Below are positions 27,230 to 36,316 of a DNA stretch of 40,659 nucleotides, piece after piece (the stretch's first letter is position 1; every line of letters begins with the position of its first letter). Position numbers and translations under genes: made by a program. This DNA is from Polyangiales bacterium. Its GTDB lineage: Bacteria > Myxococcota_A > Polyangia > Polyangiales > Polyangiaceae. The notes beneath the pieces were generated by a model that did not search any database, was not told the origin of the DNA, and worked only from the letters and a program-made list of their open reading frames with translations. The stretch is from positions 1-40,659 of the forward strand of contig JBBRNJ010000078.1 in assembly GCA_038230375.1 (NCBI GenBank). Reading direction: 5' to 3'.

Positions 27230-28747
27230 ATGAGGGAAGGTTTGAAACGCGCCGCACTCGCGACGACGTTCCTGCTCTTGCCGCTGCTGGCAGAGCGAAG
27301 CGCGCGTGCCTGTGGCGCCGCGTTCTTCGAAGACCCGACCACCGTGCACGTCACCGCGCATCGGATGGCGATCTCGATCGCGACGGATCGAACGATCATC
27401 TGGGATCAGATCCAGTACCAGGGCGACCCCAAGGACTTCGCGTTCGTGTTTCCCGTACCGCCCGGCTCCTCGGTGGAGCTCGGAGACGACGCGTGGTTGA
27501 CGGCGCTCGACGCGTACACCTCACCCGTGATCTACGCGCCGCGCGACTCCTCGCACGGCGGATGCGCGCTCATGGGGTGCGCGGCCACGGAGAACACCAC
27601 GGCGGGGAACGCCTCCGCACACGGCAACGGGCCCAACGCGGCGCTCTCCATCGGGCCGTATGAGGTCGCCATCGTCACGCCGAAGACCTCCGCGGAGCTG
27701 CTGGGCGCCTTCACGCAGGCCGGGCTCACGGTGCCCTCCGGAGCAGACGCGATCGTGTCGAGCTACCTCGCAGCAGGCATGAGCTTCGTGGTGATGCATC
27801 TGCGACCAGGCTGCGGTGAACGCTCGATCGTGCCCGTGCGCATCGTCATGCCAGGCTCCCATCCCACGGTGCCGCTGCGTCTCGCGAGCATCGGCTCGTC
27901 GGGCGCGGTGGACGTGGAGATCTTCGTGCTCGGCGAACAGCGCTGGGCGCCGCAGTCGTATCCACAAGGCACCCTGGACTTCTCCGCGCTGCGCGCTGAC
28001 TCCGTGACCAACAACTACGAGGAGCTCGCGAGCGGCGTGTTCGCGGCAGGGCAGGGCCGCACGTTCATCACCGAGCTCGCGGCCCCGGCCAGTGACGTCT
28101 CCATCAACCAGACCGACCTGCGCACCACGGTCGCGTCGTTCTGCGCACAGGTCCCCCCCGGGCCTTCCGGCGCAACGTGCACGGGCGACTCCGTGGACGC
28201 TGCCGCGGACCCATTCTTCGATGCGGCCGCCATGGACGCGAGCGACCACGGGGCGGCACGCGAGGGAGGCTCAGGCAACCCGGCCGACTCAGGCGACGAT
28301 GCTGGAGGTGACGGCGGGGAAGGCGGGCCCGCGATGTGGAGGGCCGGGCTGCTGCACCTGGACAACGCCGGCGCCCCGCATGCGTGCACGGAGCCCTCCG
28401 ATCTCACGCGCGCAACCGAGCGAACGCCGTTGGAACAGCTGTATATTACACGTTTGCGTGCGCGCATCCCGGTTGCGCAGATCGCGCAAGCGGACCTCAC
28501 GCTGCGCCCGTGGCTAGAGGGCGACGGTCCCGTACGGGTGTCGCAATATCATCAGGCGCTCGCGACCCCCACCGGTGACGTGCCGACGTCCAATCCGGAG
28601 GCTTCGTGCGGAACGGCGTCTGGTTTGCGCGGAACGCCCTCAGTTCCGGCGAGCGCCCGCGATCGCCTGCAGGCTAGCCATGCGGCTGCGGTCTCCGTGC
28701 TCGCGTTCCTCATGGCCGTGATCCTTCGCCGTCGTGGCCGTCCGTAG
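27230..28747 (+). CDS. DUF2330-type exported protein with MYXO-CTERM-like anchor
   Basis: ARACG signal, IWDQIQYQGDPKDFAFVFPVP, IGPYEV, VPLRL and ITRLRA, then a C-terminal Cys, hydrophobic stretch and RRR. Confidence 0.75.
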   Translation: MREGLKRAALATTFLLLPLLAERSARACGAAFFEDPTTVHVTAHRMAISIATDRTIIWDQIQYQGDPKDFAFVFPVPPGSSVELGDDAWLTALDAYTSPVIYAPRDSSHGGCALMGCAATENTTAGNASAHGNGPNAALSIGPYEVAIVTPKTSAELLGAFTQAGLTVPSGADAIVSSYLAAGMSFVVMHLRPGCGERSIVPVRIVMPGSHPTVPLRLASIGSSGAVDVEIFVLGEQRWAPQSYPQGTLDFSALRADSVTNNYEELASGVFAAGQGRTFITELAAPASDVSINQTDLRTTVASFCAQVPPGPSGATCTGDSVDAAADPFFDAAAMDASDHGAAREGGSGNPADSGDDAGGDGGEGGPAMWRAGLLHLDNAGAPHACTEPSDLTRATERTPLEQLYITRLRARIPVAQIAQADLTLRPWLEGDGPVRVSQYHQALATPTGDVPTSNPEASCGTASGLRGTPSVPASARDRLQASHAAAVSVLAFLMAVILRRRGRP

Positions 28748-28762
28748 CGACGTGCGTCCACG

Positions 28763-29620
28763 TCACGGCGCGGGTCGCGTGGCGAAATGGCGTGCCGTCA
28801 GCGTGAGCTTCGCCCACTCCATGAGGGGCTCGTCCACTCGTTCCATGTGCGCGTATTTCAGCAGCTGCTCGGCGATCAGGTCCAGGCGCGCGCGCAGGTC
28901 CAGCCGTGACAGGTCGAGCACGCCGTAGTTGGTGCTTCGCGCGTCCGATCGTCGCAGCGAGTACGTGACGCTCATACGCGGGGTCGGAGCGCCGAGGACG
29001 ATCTCTCCGCCCCAGTGGAGCACGTTCGCGTCCCACACGCAGGCCGTCCCTGGCTCGACCTCGAGTGCGATCTCTGCGCCTCCCGGAACAGCACTGGACT
29101 CCAGGTGGTCTGGATACGCAGGATCGCGATCGAGAGGGACGACGAACATGCACGATCGCGTCCGCGTGGCTGGCGTCAGCGCGATCCACACGTTGAGCAT
29201 GGTGCGGCCTCCCTCGAACGCGTGGCACCCGCGGTGTGGTGTCCATCCGCTTCTGCCCTGGGGCACGTTGAACACCCACGCGTCGGCCAGGACGTCGAAC
29301 GCACCCAGCTCGTCGTGCGCGATCCGCCGCAGGGCGGTGACGGGCTCCCACAGCTCGTCGTAGACATGCGCGAACACCGGGGGCAGGCCAGCTTGCGCCA
29401 GAGCCGCCACGGCCTGGCGCATGGGCGCGAGCTTCTCAGCAGCGATGATCCCGGGAAGGGTCCCGAAGCCCTGAGCGCCTAGCGCACCGGCGGGGCCGGT
29501 CAGCGCGTCGGTGCAGAAGTCTGTCCGACCTGCAACGGTTAGCTCCGGAGCGATTGCCGCATAGGTGTCGGGCTGGTCGAGGCGCTTCAGCAGACGGAGG
29601 GTCTCGGCAGACGCGTGCAC
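28763..29620 (-). CDS. PhyH-like Fe(II)/2-oxoglutarate oxygenase with HxG motif (possible halogenase)
   Basis: GWTPHRG, LNVWIALT, SCMFVVP, VLHWGG and RMSV. The GTG start at 29620 is inferred from TGgTATTGT 7 nt upstream; the track ORF extends to 29710. Confidence 0.8.
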   Translation of the reverse strand: MHASAETLRLLKRLDQPDTYAAIAPELTVAGRTDFCTDALTGPAGALGAQGFGTLPGIIAAEKLAPMRQAVAALAQAGLPPVFAHVYDELWEPVTALRRIAHDELGAFDVLADAWVFNVPQGRSGWTPHRGCHAFEGGRTMLNVWIALTPATRTRSCMFVVPLDRDPAYPDHLESSAVPGGAEIALEVEPGTACVWDANVLHWGGEIVLGAPTPRMSVTYSLRRSDARSTNYGVLDLSRLDLRARLDLIAEQLLKYAHMERVDEPLMEWAKLTLTARHFATRPAP

Positions 29621-29756
29621 GAGAAAAACAATACCATGCCAAGCGAGCGTCGCTGCGGGCGGGCTGCCTTGCCCAAGGAGGGAGGATGGTGTAGTTTGAA
29701 TGCGCCCCAAGGTTTGTGCACCGTAGCGACTCAGTGTGGCTGCCCCAGGAGTTGAG

Positions 29757-29927
29757 ATGAAAGACGAGAATTCGTGCCAGGTCGTGGTGCCGCAACCGTC
29801 GCCCGCGCAGCCCCCGCGTCGGAGCTACGCCGCGCCGAAGCTCCGGCACCTCGGCTCCGTACGTGAGCTCACCTTCGCCTCGAAGGGCAATCCCCTTCCC
29901 GACGGGGGTTTCACCCAGGCCATGTGA
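29757..29927 (+). CDS. Lasso peptide precursor B (56 aa): MKDENSCQVVVPQPSPAQPPRRSYAAPKLRHLGSVRELTF-ASKGNPLPDGGFTQAM
   Basis: AGGAG RBS 5 nt before the ATG. YxxPxL...GxxxxxT leader, core Ala1 and Asp9. Directly upstream of the cyclase. Confidence 0.9.
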   Translation: MKDENSCQVVVPQPSPAQPPRRSYAAPKLRHLGSVRELTFASKGNPLPDGGFTQAM

Positions 29928-29936
29928 GCGACATCG

Positions 29937-31604
29937 TTGCTGGTCGTGATCGGCGCGGTCGACCTCCTCCGACGCTGGGAAGCTCGCGCAGCGACGGGGC
30001 AGCTCCGCCAGAACGAAGGGCTCCTCGCGTCGGTGCAGACGGACGACCCGGTCTACGAGCTCGAGGCAGGTGATGCGAGCAAGCCGATCGTGCTGCGGTC
30101 GCGCGACGGTAGATGCACGCTGACAGCGACGACCGCGCAGCTGCGCGTCGACATGGGTCCCTGCGGAGGGCGTGCCCTCTTCGCGATCTCGTCCGCGTCT
30201 GGCTGGGTCGTCTCCGATCACTTGCCATGGCTGGCGAGCGCGGCCGCCGCCGATGGAGAAGGGCGCGTCGCTGTCGAGGAGAGCTGGCTCGGGGCGCGCA
30301 TGCTCATCGCTCCGCCGTTCATCAAGACCACGAGCCCGTACCGAGGGGTGCTCGCGCTGCCGAGCGCCACCTCAACGACGCTCGCTCCGGGGCTAGCGGC
30401 CCGCTTCGAGGTGGCCACGCTCCCACTCGCAGCGCCGGACTTGGATCTTCGGGACACGGTGGAGCGCGTGGTGCGTCGCTACGGCGCGCTTGCTCCCGAG
30501 CACGCCGTCCTGGCCGGGGGGCTCGACTCGTCGTCACTCGTCGCGCTTGCCGCGGGCGTGACGCGGGTCTTGCCGATCACCCTGGACTTGAACGGGCAGA
30601 GCGCAGACCGCCCCTACGTCGAGTCACTGTCCGAGTATCTCGGCGTGGAGCGCGTCCTCGTCTCCCCTCGTGACGGTGCGCGCGATCTGGCGCCGGACCT
30701 CACCATTCACGGCGCGCCCATGCTCTGGCCGACCTCGGCGCACGTCCAAGCGTGCGTGCGCGTCGCGCGGGAGCGCGGCATCCGCGTGGTGTGGTCGGGG
30801 CTCGGTGGCGACGAGCTGTTTGAAGGCACGCCTCGCGGCGCATCCGTCCTTGCTCACGAGGGCCGCGTTCGGGACGCCATCGAGCTTGCGTCCCGCGGCG
30901 CCCCAGCCTCGCGAACCCGAGCCGTGCTCCGCAACGTGATCTGGGCGGGGCTCCGCTCGCACGTTCCGTTCGCACTTTCCTACGCGCTGTCCCCGCGGGC
31001 GAAGCTGCCGGTGCGCCGTTGGGCGCGGGAGAAGCTGCGAGCTCTGGACGACGAGCGCATCTCTCGCGAGCGCATGGAGCGGCCCGAGTGGGAGATCTCA
31101 CGCGACGACAAGGTCGCGCGGTATTTCCAGTGGAACCTCTACGACCTCTTCGCATTCGACCGGCATCTACTCGAGCATGGGGGCGGCATCATGCGGCTGG
31201 ACCCTTACACCGACCCCGAGATTGTCCGTGCGGTGTGCTCGCTCCCCGAGTACGCGCTCATCGAGGGCGGCGTCGCCCGCGCTCAGCTCCGCAAGCTGGT
31301 CGAGGGACGCATGCCGGAGCAGGTCCGCCAGCGAACCGACAAGGCCTCCTTCGTCGAGGCATGTTGCGAGACGTTTCGTGCCGTGCCCATCGAGCACTGG
31401 CGCTCGCTCGCCACGCCGACCGCGCTCGCAGACCTCGGGCTCGTCGAGCCGCGCGTGTTCCGCGCGGAGTTCGATGAGTTCGAGGAGGACCTCGAAGGGC
31501 ATCCGTTCGGCTGGATCCGACTATGGCCTGTGCTGGCCTGCGAGGCCTTCGTGCGTGGCGTTGCCGACCTGCCTGGCCGCTTTCCCGGAGGGGCGTCTGC
31601 ATGA
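29937..31604 (+). CDS. Asparagine-synthetase-like lasso cyclase (module B)
   Basis: LAGGLDS, WSGLGGDELF, LDPYTDPEIV and RTDKASF. No glutaminase Cys1. Exact start uncertain. Confidence 0.85.
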   Translation: MLVVIGAVDLLRRWEARAATGQLRQNEGLLASVQTDDPVYELEAGDASKPIVLRSRDGRCTLTATTAQLRVDMGPCGGRALFAISSASGWVVSDHLPWLASAAAADGEGRVAVEESWLGARMLIAPPFIKTTSPYRGVLALPSATSTTLAPGLAARFEVATLPLAAPDLDLRDTVERVVRRYGALAPEHAVLAGGLDSSSLVALAAGVTRVLPITLDLNGQSADRPYVESLSEYLGVERVLVSPRDGARDLAPDLTIHGAPMLWPTSAHVQACVRVARERGIRVVWSGLGGDELFEGTPRGASVLAHEGRVRDAIELASRGAPASRTRAVLRNVIWAGLRSHVPFALSYALSPRAKLPVRRWAREKLRALDDERISRERMERPEWEISRDDKVARYFQWNLYDLFAFDRHLLEHGGGIMRLDPYTDPEIVRAVCSLPEYALIEGGVARAQLRKLVEGRMPEQVRQRTDKASFVEACCETFRAVPIEHWRSLATPTALADLGLVEPRVFRAEFDEFEEDLEGHPFGWIRLWPVLACEAFVRGVADLPGRFPGGASA

Positions 31605-32380
31605 GCGCTCCGCGCTGGATCGCTGAACGCGTCGAGGCGGAGGAAATCTGGTTCCGCATCGGCCGCCTCGGCGATCGTCTGATCGCGGAGTGGCCGGGCC
31701 TCTGCACGCTGACCGCGCGTCCCGACGGCTCCGACGTCGAGCTCGTCACGGCGGAGGGCGCGCCCGAGATCACGATCGAGAAGGTCCGGCGAGGAGTCGC
31801 ATACGCTCTCATCGAGTCGCTTCGCGGCAAGGTCTCGTTGCATGCAGGGGCTGTCGCGAGGGGCGAGAACGCCATCGTCGTGTGCGGGCGCAACCATGTC
31901 GGGAAGTCTTCGGCCGTGGCCGATCTCTGCGAGCACGGCGCGCAGCTTCTGGCCGACGATATCGCCGTGCTCACCGGCACCGGCGCCGAGCGATTCGTGG
32001 AAGCGACGGAGCGTCATCACTGGCTCGGCGCGGCCTCGCGGGCGGCGCTCGGGTTGGGCGGCCCAGGCGGCGGCGAGGACGACAAGCACCCGCTCCTCGC
32101 ACGCGACGTACGCGATTCTCCGGCGAGGTTGCGGGCGATCGTCGCGCTTGAATTCGCCGACGTCGCGCCGCACCTAACGCGAATGGCGGGTATCGAGGCG
32201 ATGGGGCGGCTGGTACCCTCTGTCGTGCGCTTCGCACTCGACGATCCGGAACGCTCGCGACAAGAGCTGCATCAGCTGGTGGAGCTCATTGACAGCGTTC
32301 CTTTCTATCTGCTTCGACGCCCACGCGATCTGGGCAGGATTCGGGACGCTGGGATGCTCATGGAAGGACTCCTCATATGA
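31601..32380 (+). CDS. HPr-kinase-related kinase (module B)
   Basis: LHAGAV, Walker A GRNHVGKS and LLADD. ATGA overlap with the cyclase stop. Paralogous to 21655-22407. Confidence 0.85.
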   Translation: MSAPRWIAERVEAEEIWFRIGRLGDRLIAEWPGLCTLTARPDGSDVELVTAEGAPEITIEKVRRGVAYALIESLRGKVSLHAGAVARGENAIVVCGRNHVGKSSAVADLCEHGAQLLADDIAVLTGTGAERFVEATERHHWLGAASRAALGLGGPGGGEDDKHPLLARDVRDSPARLRAIVALEFADVAPHLTRMAGIEAMGRLVPSVVRFALDDPERSRQELHQLVELIDSVPFYLLRRPRDLGRIRDAGMLMEGLLI

Positions 32381-32685
32381 CCGGCTCGAATTCCGCCGGA
32401 CAACCTCCGCTCACCGCCGATCAACGTCTGGCGGTTCCGGGGCATGTCTACTCCCGCCCATTCGGAGAGCAGGTCGTTCTCCTCGATTTCGGCCAGGGGG
32501 ACTATTATGGGTTAGACGAGGTAGGTGCGGTGCTGTGGAGCACCGCGGAGCAGGGGGGATGTGTGGGGGACGCGGTGTCGCGCGTCATTGCGGAGTTTGA
32601 CGGGGCGGGTCAGGAGCAGGTCACCACCGACCTGCTCGTGCTGGCCACGGACCTCCTCGATCATGGGTTGCTGGAGCGTGGCTGA
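32377..32685 (+). CDS. PqqD-family RiPP recognition element (lasso B1/E protein)
   Basis: VVLLD...YYGLDEVGAVLW...V.AEFD...DL..L...GLL pattern, 102 aa. Confidence 0.9.
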   Translation: MTGSNSAGQPPLTADQRLAVPGHVYSRPFGEQVVLLDFGQGDYYGLDEVGAVLWSTAEQGGCVGDAVSRVIAEFDGAGQEQVTTDLLVLATDLLDHGLLERG

Positions 32686-32755
32686 CGCCGATTTGTAGAG
32701 CCGTAACGAGTGATCCATGCGGTCTTTTGTGCTAAAGAAAAGTAGCGAGGTCTTC

Positions 32756-33724
32756 ATGAAATCTTTCAGACTTGTCCTTGGAGTTGTCTCGGGTGCGCTC
32801 GTTGTGGCTGGGAGCTTGAGCGGTTGCGGTGGTGACGACACGATCGTGTCCACGACAGACGCGTCAACGGATGCCAGCGTCGACGCGAACCAGAACAAGA
32901 TCGACGGCAGCATGGGCATTGACAGCGGTGGCTCCGACGGCGGCGGCGTTGATAGCAGCGTTGACGGCACGGCGCCCTTCGTCACGCCCGAGCAGTTCAT
33001 CGACGAGGTCGCGCAGACCCTCTGCACGCGCGCGAACGCGTGCTGCCAGGCGATCGACGCCGGCGCGATCATCAATTCAGAGTGCCTCAAGGGCATCCGC
33101 GGCTACGGCTGGCAAGGCTCGAGCACGGACATCGCGGGCCTCATCGCCGATCAGGACGCCGGACCGGATTCTGGCCTGAGCCTCACCACCGTCACGTTCG
33201 ACCTCAACGGCATCCAGGAGTGCTTGAACACGGTCAAGCTGATCCCCTGTTCGGTCGGCTCAACCCTCGACCTCCAGGCGGTCCAGGCCTGCTACATCGA
33301 TTCGGTGCATGGCAAGCTGACGACCGGCCAGGTCTGTAGGTACTCCGCCGAGTGCGTGCAGCCGGCATACTGCGCATACACCACCGATGGCGGAGCAGCG
33401 GGCACTTGCCAGCCGCTGGTCGCGGTCACTGGCGGTTGCGCCAGCGTGACCGGCACGGGCTACACCCAGGCGGGGAATGGTAACCAGGCATGCTCCCGCC
33501 GCGCCACCGGCACGGGTCAGGCAACACCGCTCTTCTGCGACAATATCAACCCCGACCTCAGCATCAAGACACTCGACCAGTGGACCTGCCAGGTCTCCAA
33601 GAGCATTGGGTCCGCATGCCTGTTCAACGCAGCATGCAAGTCGGGCATCTGCAATTCGAGCACTCACCTCTGCGACGACCCGCTGATCTTCGCGAACGCC
33701 GCGGTCTGCGCCAGCTTGCAGTGA
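32756..33724 (+). CDS. Lipoprotein consisting of a D/S/G linker and a 20-Cys domain
   Basis: Lipobox LSGC and GAGG upstream of the ATG. Cys pattern is collinear with the C-terminal domain of 18821-20332. Confidence 0.8.
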   Translation: MKSFRLVLGVVSGALVVAGSLSGCGGDDTIVSTTDASTDASVDANQNKIDGSMGIDSGGSDGGGVDSSVDGTAPFVTPEQFIDEVAQTLCTRANACCQAIDAGAIINSECLKGIRGYGWQGSSTDIAGLIADQDAGPDSGLSLTTVTFDLNGIQECLNTVKLIPCSVGSTLDLQAVQACYIDSVHGKLTTGQVCRYSAECVQPAYCAYTTDGGAAGTCQPLVAVTGGCASVTGTGYTQAGNGNQACSRRATGTGQATPLFCDNINPDLSIKTLDQWTCQVSKSIGSACLFNAACKSGICNSSTHLCDDPLIFANAAVCASLQ

Positions 33725-33788
33725 CCCGTTCCCACCACCAGAGGCTCTCGATCCGGGGGCCAATGGTGGTGAGGATGAACGACTGAAC

Positions 33789-35336
33789 ATGTTGCACGTG
33801 GCCGAACTGGGCTTCGCAAAGCTCGTACGGAACGTGGCCGCTGGGCGCGTGGCGTGCCGCATCTGGTTCGTCATCGCGCCTCTCGCAGCGCTTCAGTACC
33901 TTGATGGTCGCCTGGCCTATGTCGGCGCGGCGTCTGCGCTCGGCATCGGCCAACTCGCGAGCTCGCTGCTCGGCACGCTCGCGGAGCGGCGCGTGCGGGC
34001 TCGTCTGTACTGGATCGTAGGTGACGCGCTCTCCGGTGCGAGTGGCATGGTCGCGCTGCCGCTACCCGAGGCCGAGCCGGAGATCGCGCTCGCCCGGGGG
34101 ATCTACGGCGCGGCGCGCGCCATCGGTGGCGCACGTCCCGCCATCGTTGGAGAGGGTGCGGCACTTCTGGTACTCGCGCTTCTCGCCGCAGTGTTTGCTG
34201 ATCGCGTGCTCGCCATCCCGCTTGGATGCGGCGTCGTCGCGTCCGCACTGGTGTACCTTGCCTTGCGGAAGACGACCGCGCGCCTCGAGGTGACGCTGGA
34301 CGCCGCCGGGATGCGGGTCTTTCGCCACATCGTCGGCTTCCTGAGCGAACGCGAGGAACGCATCGCGTACGGGCTTCGCGCGAGCTTCCTCGCGGCGCTC
34401 GAGCCGCTCCTCGCCGCAAGCTCGCGCGCCGAACTCTCCGCGACGCTGGGACGCGCGCTGCTGCGCCGCCTGCCCATCGTGGCGGGGCTCGGAGTGACGC
34501 TGCTCGTGGGCTATGCGATTGGCCTTCGCAGCACGTCTGCCGCCACGGTGCTCGCCATCACCACGTGGGCCCAAGGTGCAGGTGTGTTACTCGTCGCCGT
34601 GGCCGACAACATCAGGTTGAGTCGCGAGGCGGAGCCGTTCGCGAGCGTCGCTTCACTCGCGCGGCAGACGTTCACGGGCACGCGTCTGGTTTCCGAGCCG
34701 AAGACGATCGAAGCTCGTCGTGTTGGCTACTCGTATGCGGGCGAACCCGCGGTCGGCCTGCCGTCGTTCGTCGCGCGCCGTGGTGTGCCCCTCGTGCTCC
34801 GCGGTGTGAACGGCAGCGGTAAGAGCACGATCCTCCGCCTGCTCGCTGGCCTCGCGCTCCCAACCGAAGGTGAGCTCACCGTCGATGGGACGCCCTTCGC
34901 GGAGCTCGACATGGACGCGTGGAGGCGACAGGTCGTCTACCTCTCGCAGTCTCCAACGTTCGATCCCACCAGCACCGTGCGCGAGGCCATTTCGGCGATG
35001 GTCCCCGACGGGTCCGACGAGCAGGTCGTGCGCGCGCTGTCGCACGTTGGTTTCGAGGAGACCACGAAGTTACTCGCGCGCCCGCTCGGTGCGCTCTCGT
35101 CGGGGCAGCGCCGCCGCGTCCACCTCGCGAGGGCGATCGCCGCGGAGCGGTCAGTCATGATCCTGGACGAGCCGGAGGCGGGCCTCGACGCAGCCACCGA
35201 GCAGCGCCTACGCGCGTACCTCCTCGACATGGCAAAGACCCGACTCGTCATCGTGGCCACGCATGCAAAGGGCTATGGTGATGGGTGCGTTCTCGGCGAG
35301 GCGTCCGGCATCGAAGCCGAGCGGAGCCCCCGCTGA
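33789..35336 (+). CDS. ABC exporter, fused TMD-NBD
   Basis: TM helices, GVNGSGKST, LSSGQ, ILDEP and ATH. No C39 peptidase domain seen. Confidence 0.88.
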   Translation: MLHVAELGFAKLVRNVAAGRVACRIWFVIAPLAALQYLDGRLAYVGAASALGIGQLASSLLGTLAERRVRARLYWIVGDALSGASGMVALPLPEAEPEIALARGIYGAARAIGGARPAIVGEGAALLVLALLAAVFADRVLAIPLGCGVVASALVYLALRKTTARLEVTLDAAGMRVFRHIVGFLSEREERIAYGLRASFLAALEPLLAASSRAELSATLGRALLRRLPIVAGLGVTLLVGYAIGLRSTSAATVLAITTWAQGAGVLLVAVADNIRLSREAEPFASVASLARQTFTGTRLVSEPKTIEARRVGYSYAGEPAVGLPSFVARRGVPLVLRGVNGSGKSTILRLLAGLALPTEGELTVDGTPFAELDMDAWRRQVVYLSQSPTFDPTSTVREAISAMVPDGSDEQVVRALSHVGFEETTKLLARPLGALSSGQRRRVHLARAIAAERSVMILDEPEAGLDAATEQRLRAYLLDMAKTRLVIVATHAKGYGDGCVLGEASGIEAERSPR

Positions 35337-36316
35337 TGCCGATCTTCGCGACCGACACCGAACGCGACCTGCTCGACCTCGTGCGTGGCCGCGGCGTGTC
35401 GGCGATCGCGGTCGACGCGCCCCGCCTTCGGAGGGTGACGCAGCTCGCACGTGAGCATGGCGTGGAAGGCTTCGTGCCATCCGCCGCACCGGAAACCGCC
35501 CCGGGAGCAGCACGTGAGCTTGCGCTCAGGATGCAGCATGACACGCGTCTGCGCGAGGTCGGCGCGATCGGTGCGGAACTCGCGCACGCGCGCGTCGACT
35601 GCGTGCTCCTCAAGGGCGTGGGGGTCGCGGAGCGGTTCTACGAGCGGCCGTGGATGCGCGGCTCGAGCGACATCGATCTGCTCGTCATGCCAGACAAGCT
35701 CGACGTTGCGCTCGATGCCATCGCGCGCCTCGGTTACGAGGTCGAGCAGGGAGCGCGTGCACGCTTCTTTCGCGAGCGTCACTTTCACGTCATGGCCACG
35801 TCGCCCGTTGGCACCCTCGCGGAGATTCATTTCATCGCGTATCGAGGCTTCGGGAGCGAGATCACAGCAGCCGACCTCTTCGCGGGCCGCGTCCCTCTTG
35901 CACGCCTCCCGACCTTGTTCGTTCCGGCGCCCGCGCGCGAGCTCGTATACCTCGCCGTGCATGCAGCAGCCCACCGCTTCGCGCGCATCGGGTGGCTGGC
36001 CGATCTGCTGCTGATCCTGAGGCATGCGGAACCGACGCTCCTCGCCGAGGCGCGCGCCTTCGCGGCCAGTGTGCGGTTTGCGGGGGCATTCGAGCTCGCG
36101 CTCTCGCTTCTGCGCTCCAGATTCGGCCTGACGATCCCCGGTGAAGCCGACGCCCGCATCTTTCTCGCAGAGTCCATCGCCGATGAGCCGCAGGGTCCCA
36201 TCCTGCGCTCGGCGACGCGCTTCCTCTATGCCGCGCTACTTTGCGACGGTGTCCGGGAGCAGGGCCGGTATGCCGCCCGGGCCATCTTCGACAAGTTCAT
36301 GTTTCCAAGCGAATGA
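35336..36316 (+). CDS. Nucleotidyltransferase family protein (NTP_transf_5-like)
   Basis: LLKG...Y..P..R.SSDIDLLV, EIH, HAAAH and WLADL. TGATG coupling to the upstream gene. Confidence 0.85.
   Translation: MPIFATDTERDLLDLVRGRGVSAIAVDAPRLRRVTQLAREHGVEGFVPSAAPETAPGAARELALRMQHDTRLREVGAIGAELAHARVDCVLLKGVGVAERFYERPWMRGSSDIDLLVMPDKLDVALDAIARLGYEVEQGARARFFRERHFHVMATSPVGTLAEIHFIAYRGFGSEITAADLFAGRVPLARLPTLFVPAPARELVYLAVHAAAHRFARIGWLADLLLILRHAEPTLLAEARAFAASVRFAGAFELALSLLRSRFGLTIPGEADARIFLAESIADEPQGPILRSATRFLYAALLCDGVREQGRYAARAIFDKFMFPSE

Noticed and set aside
22404..31604. Calling the two Asn-synthetase-like genes asnB
   Set aside because: Both lack the N-terminal glutaminase Cys and sit directly after lasso-type precursors.
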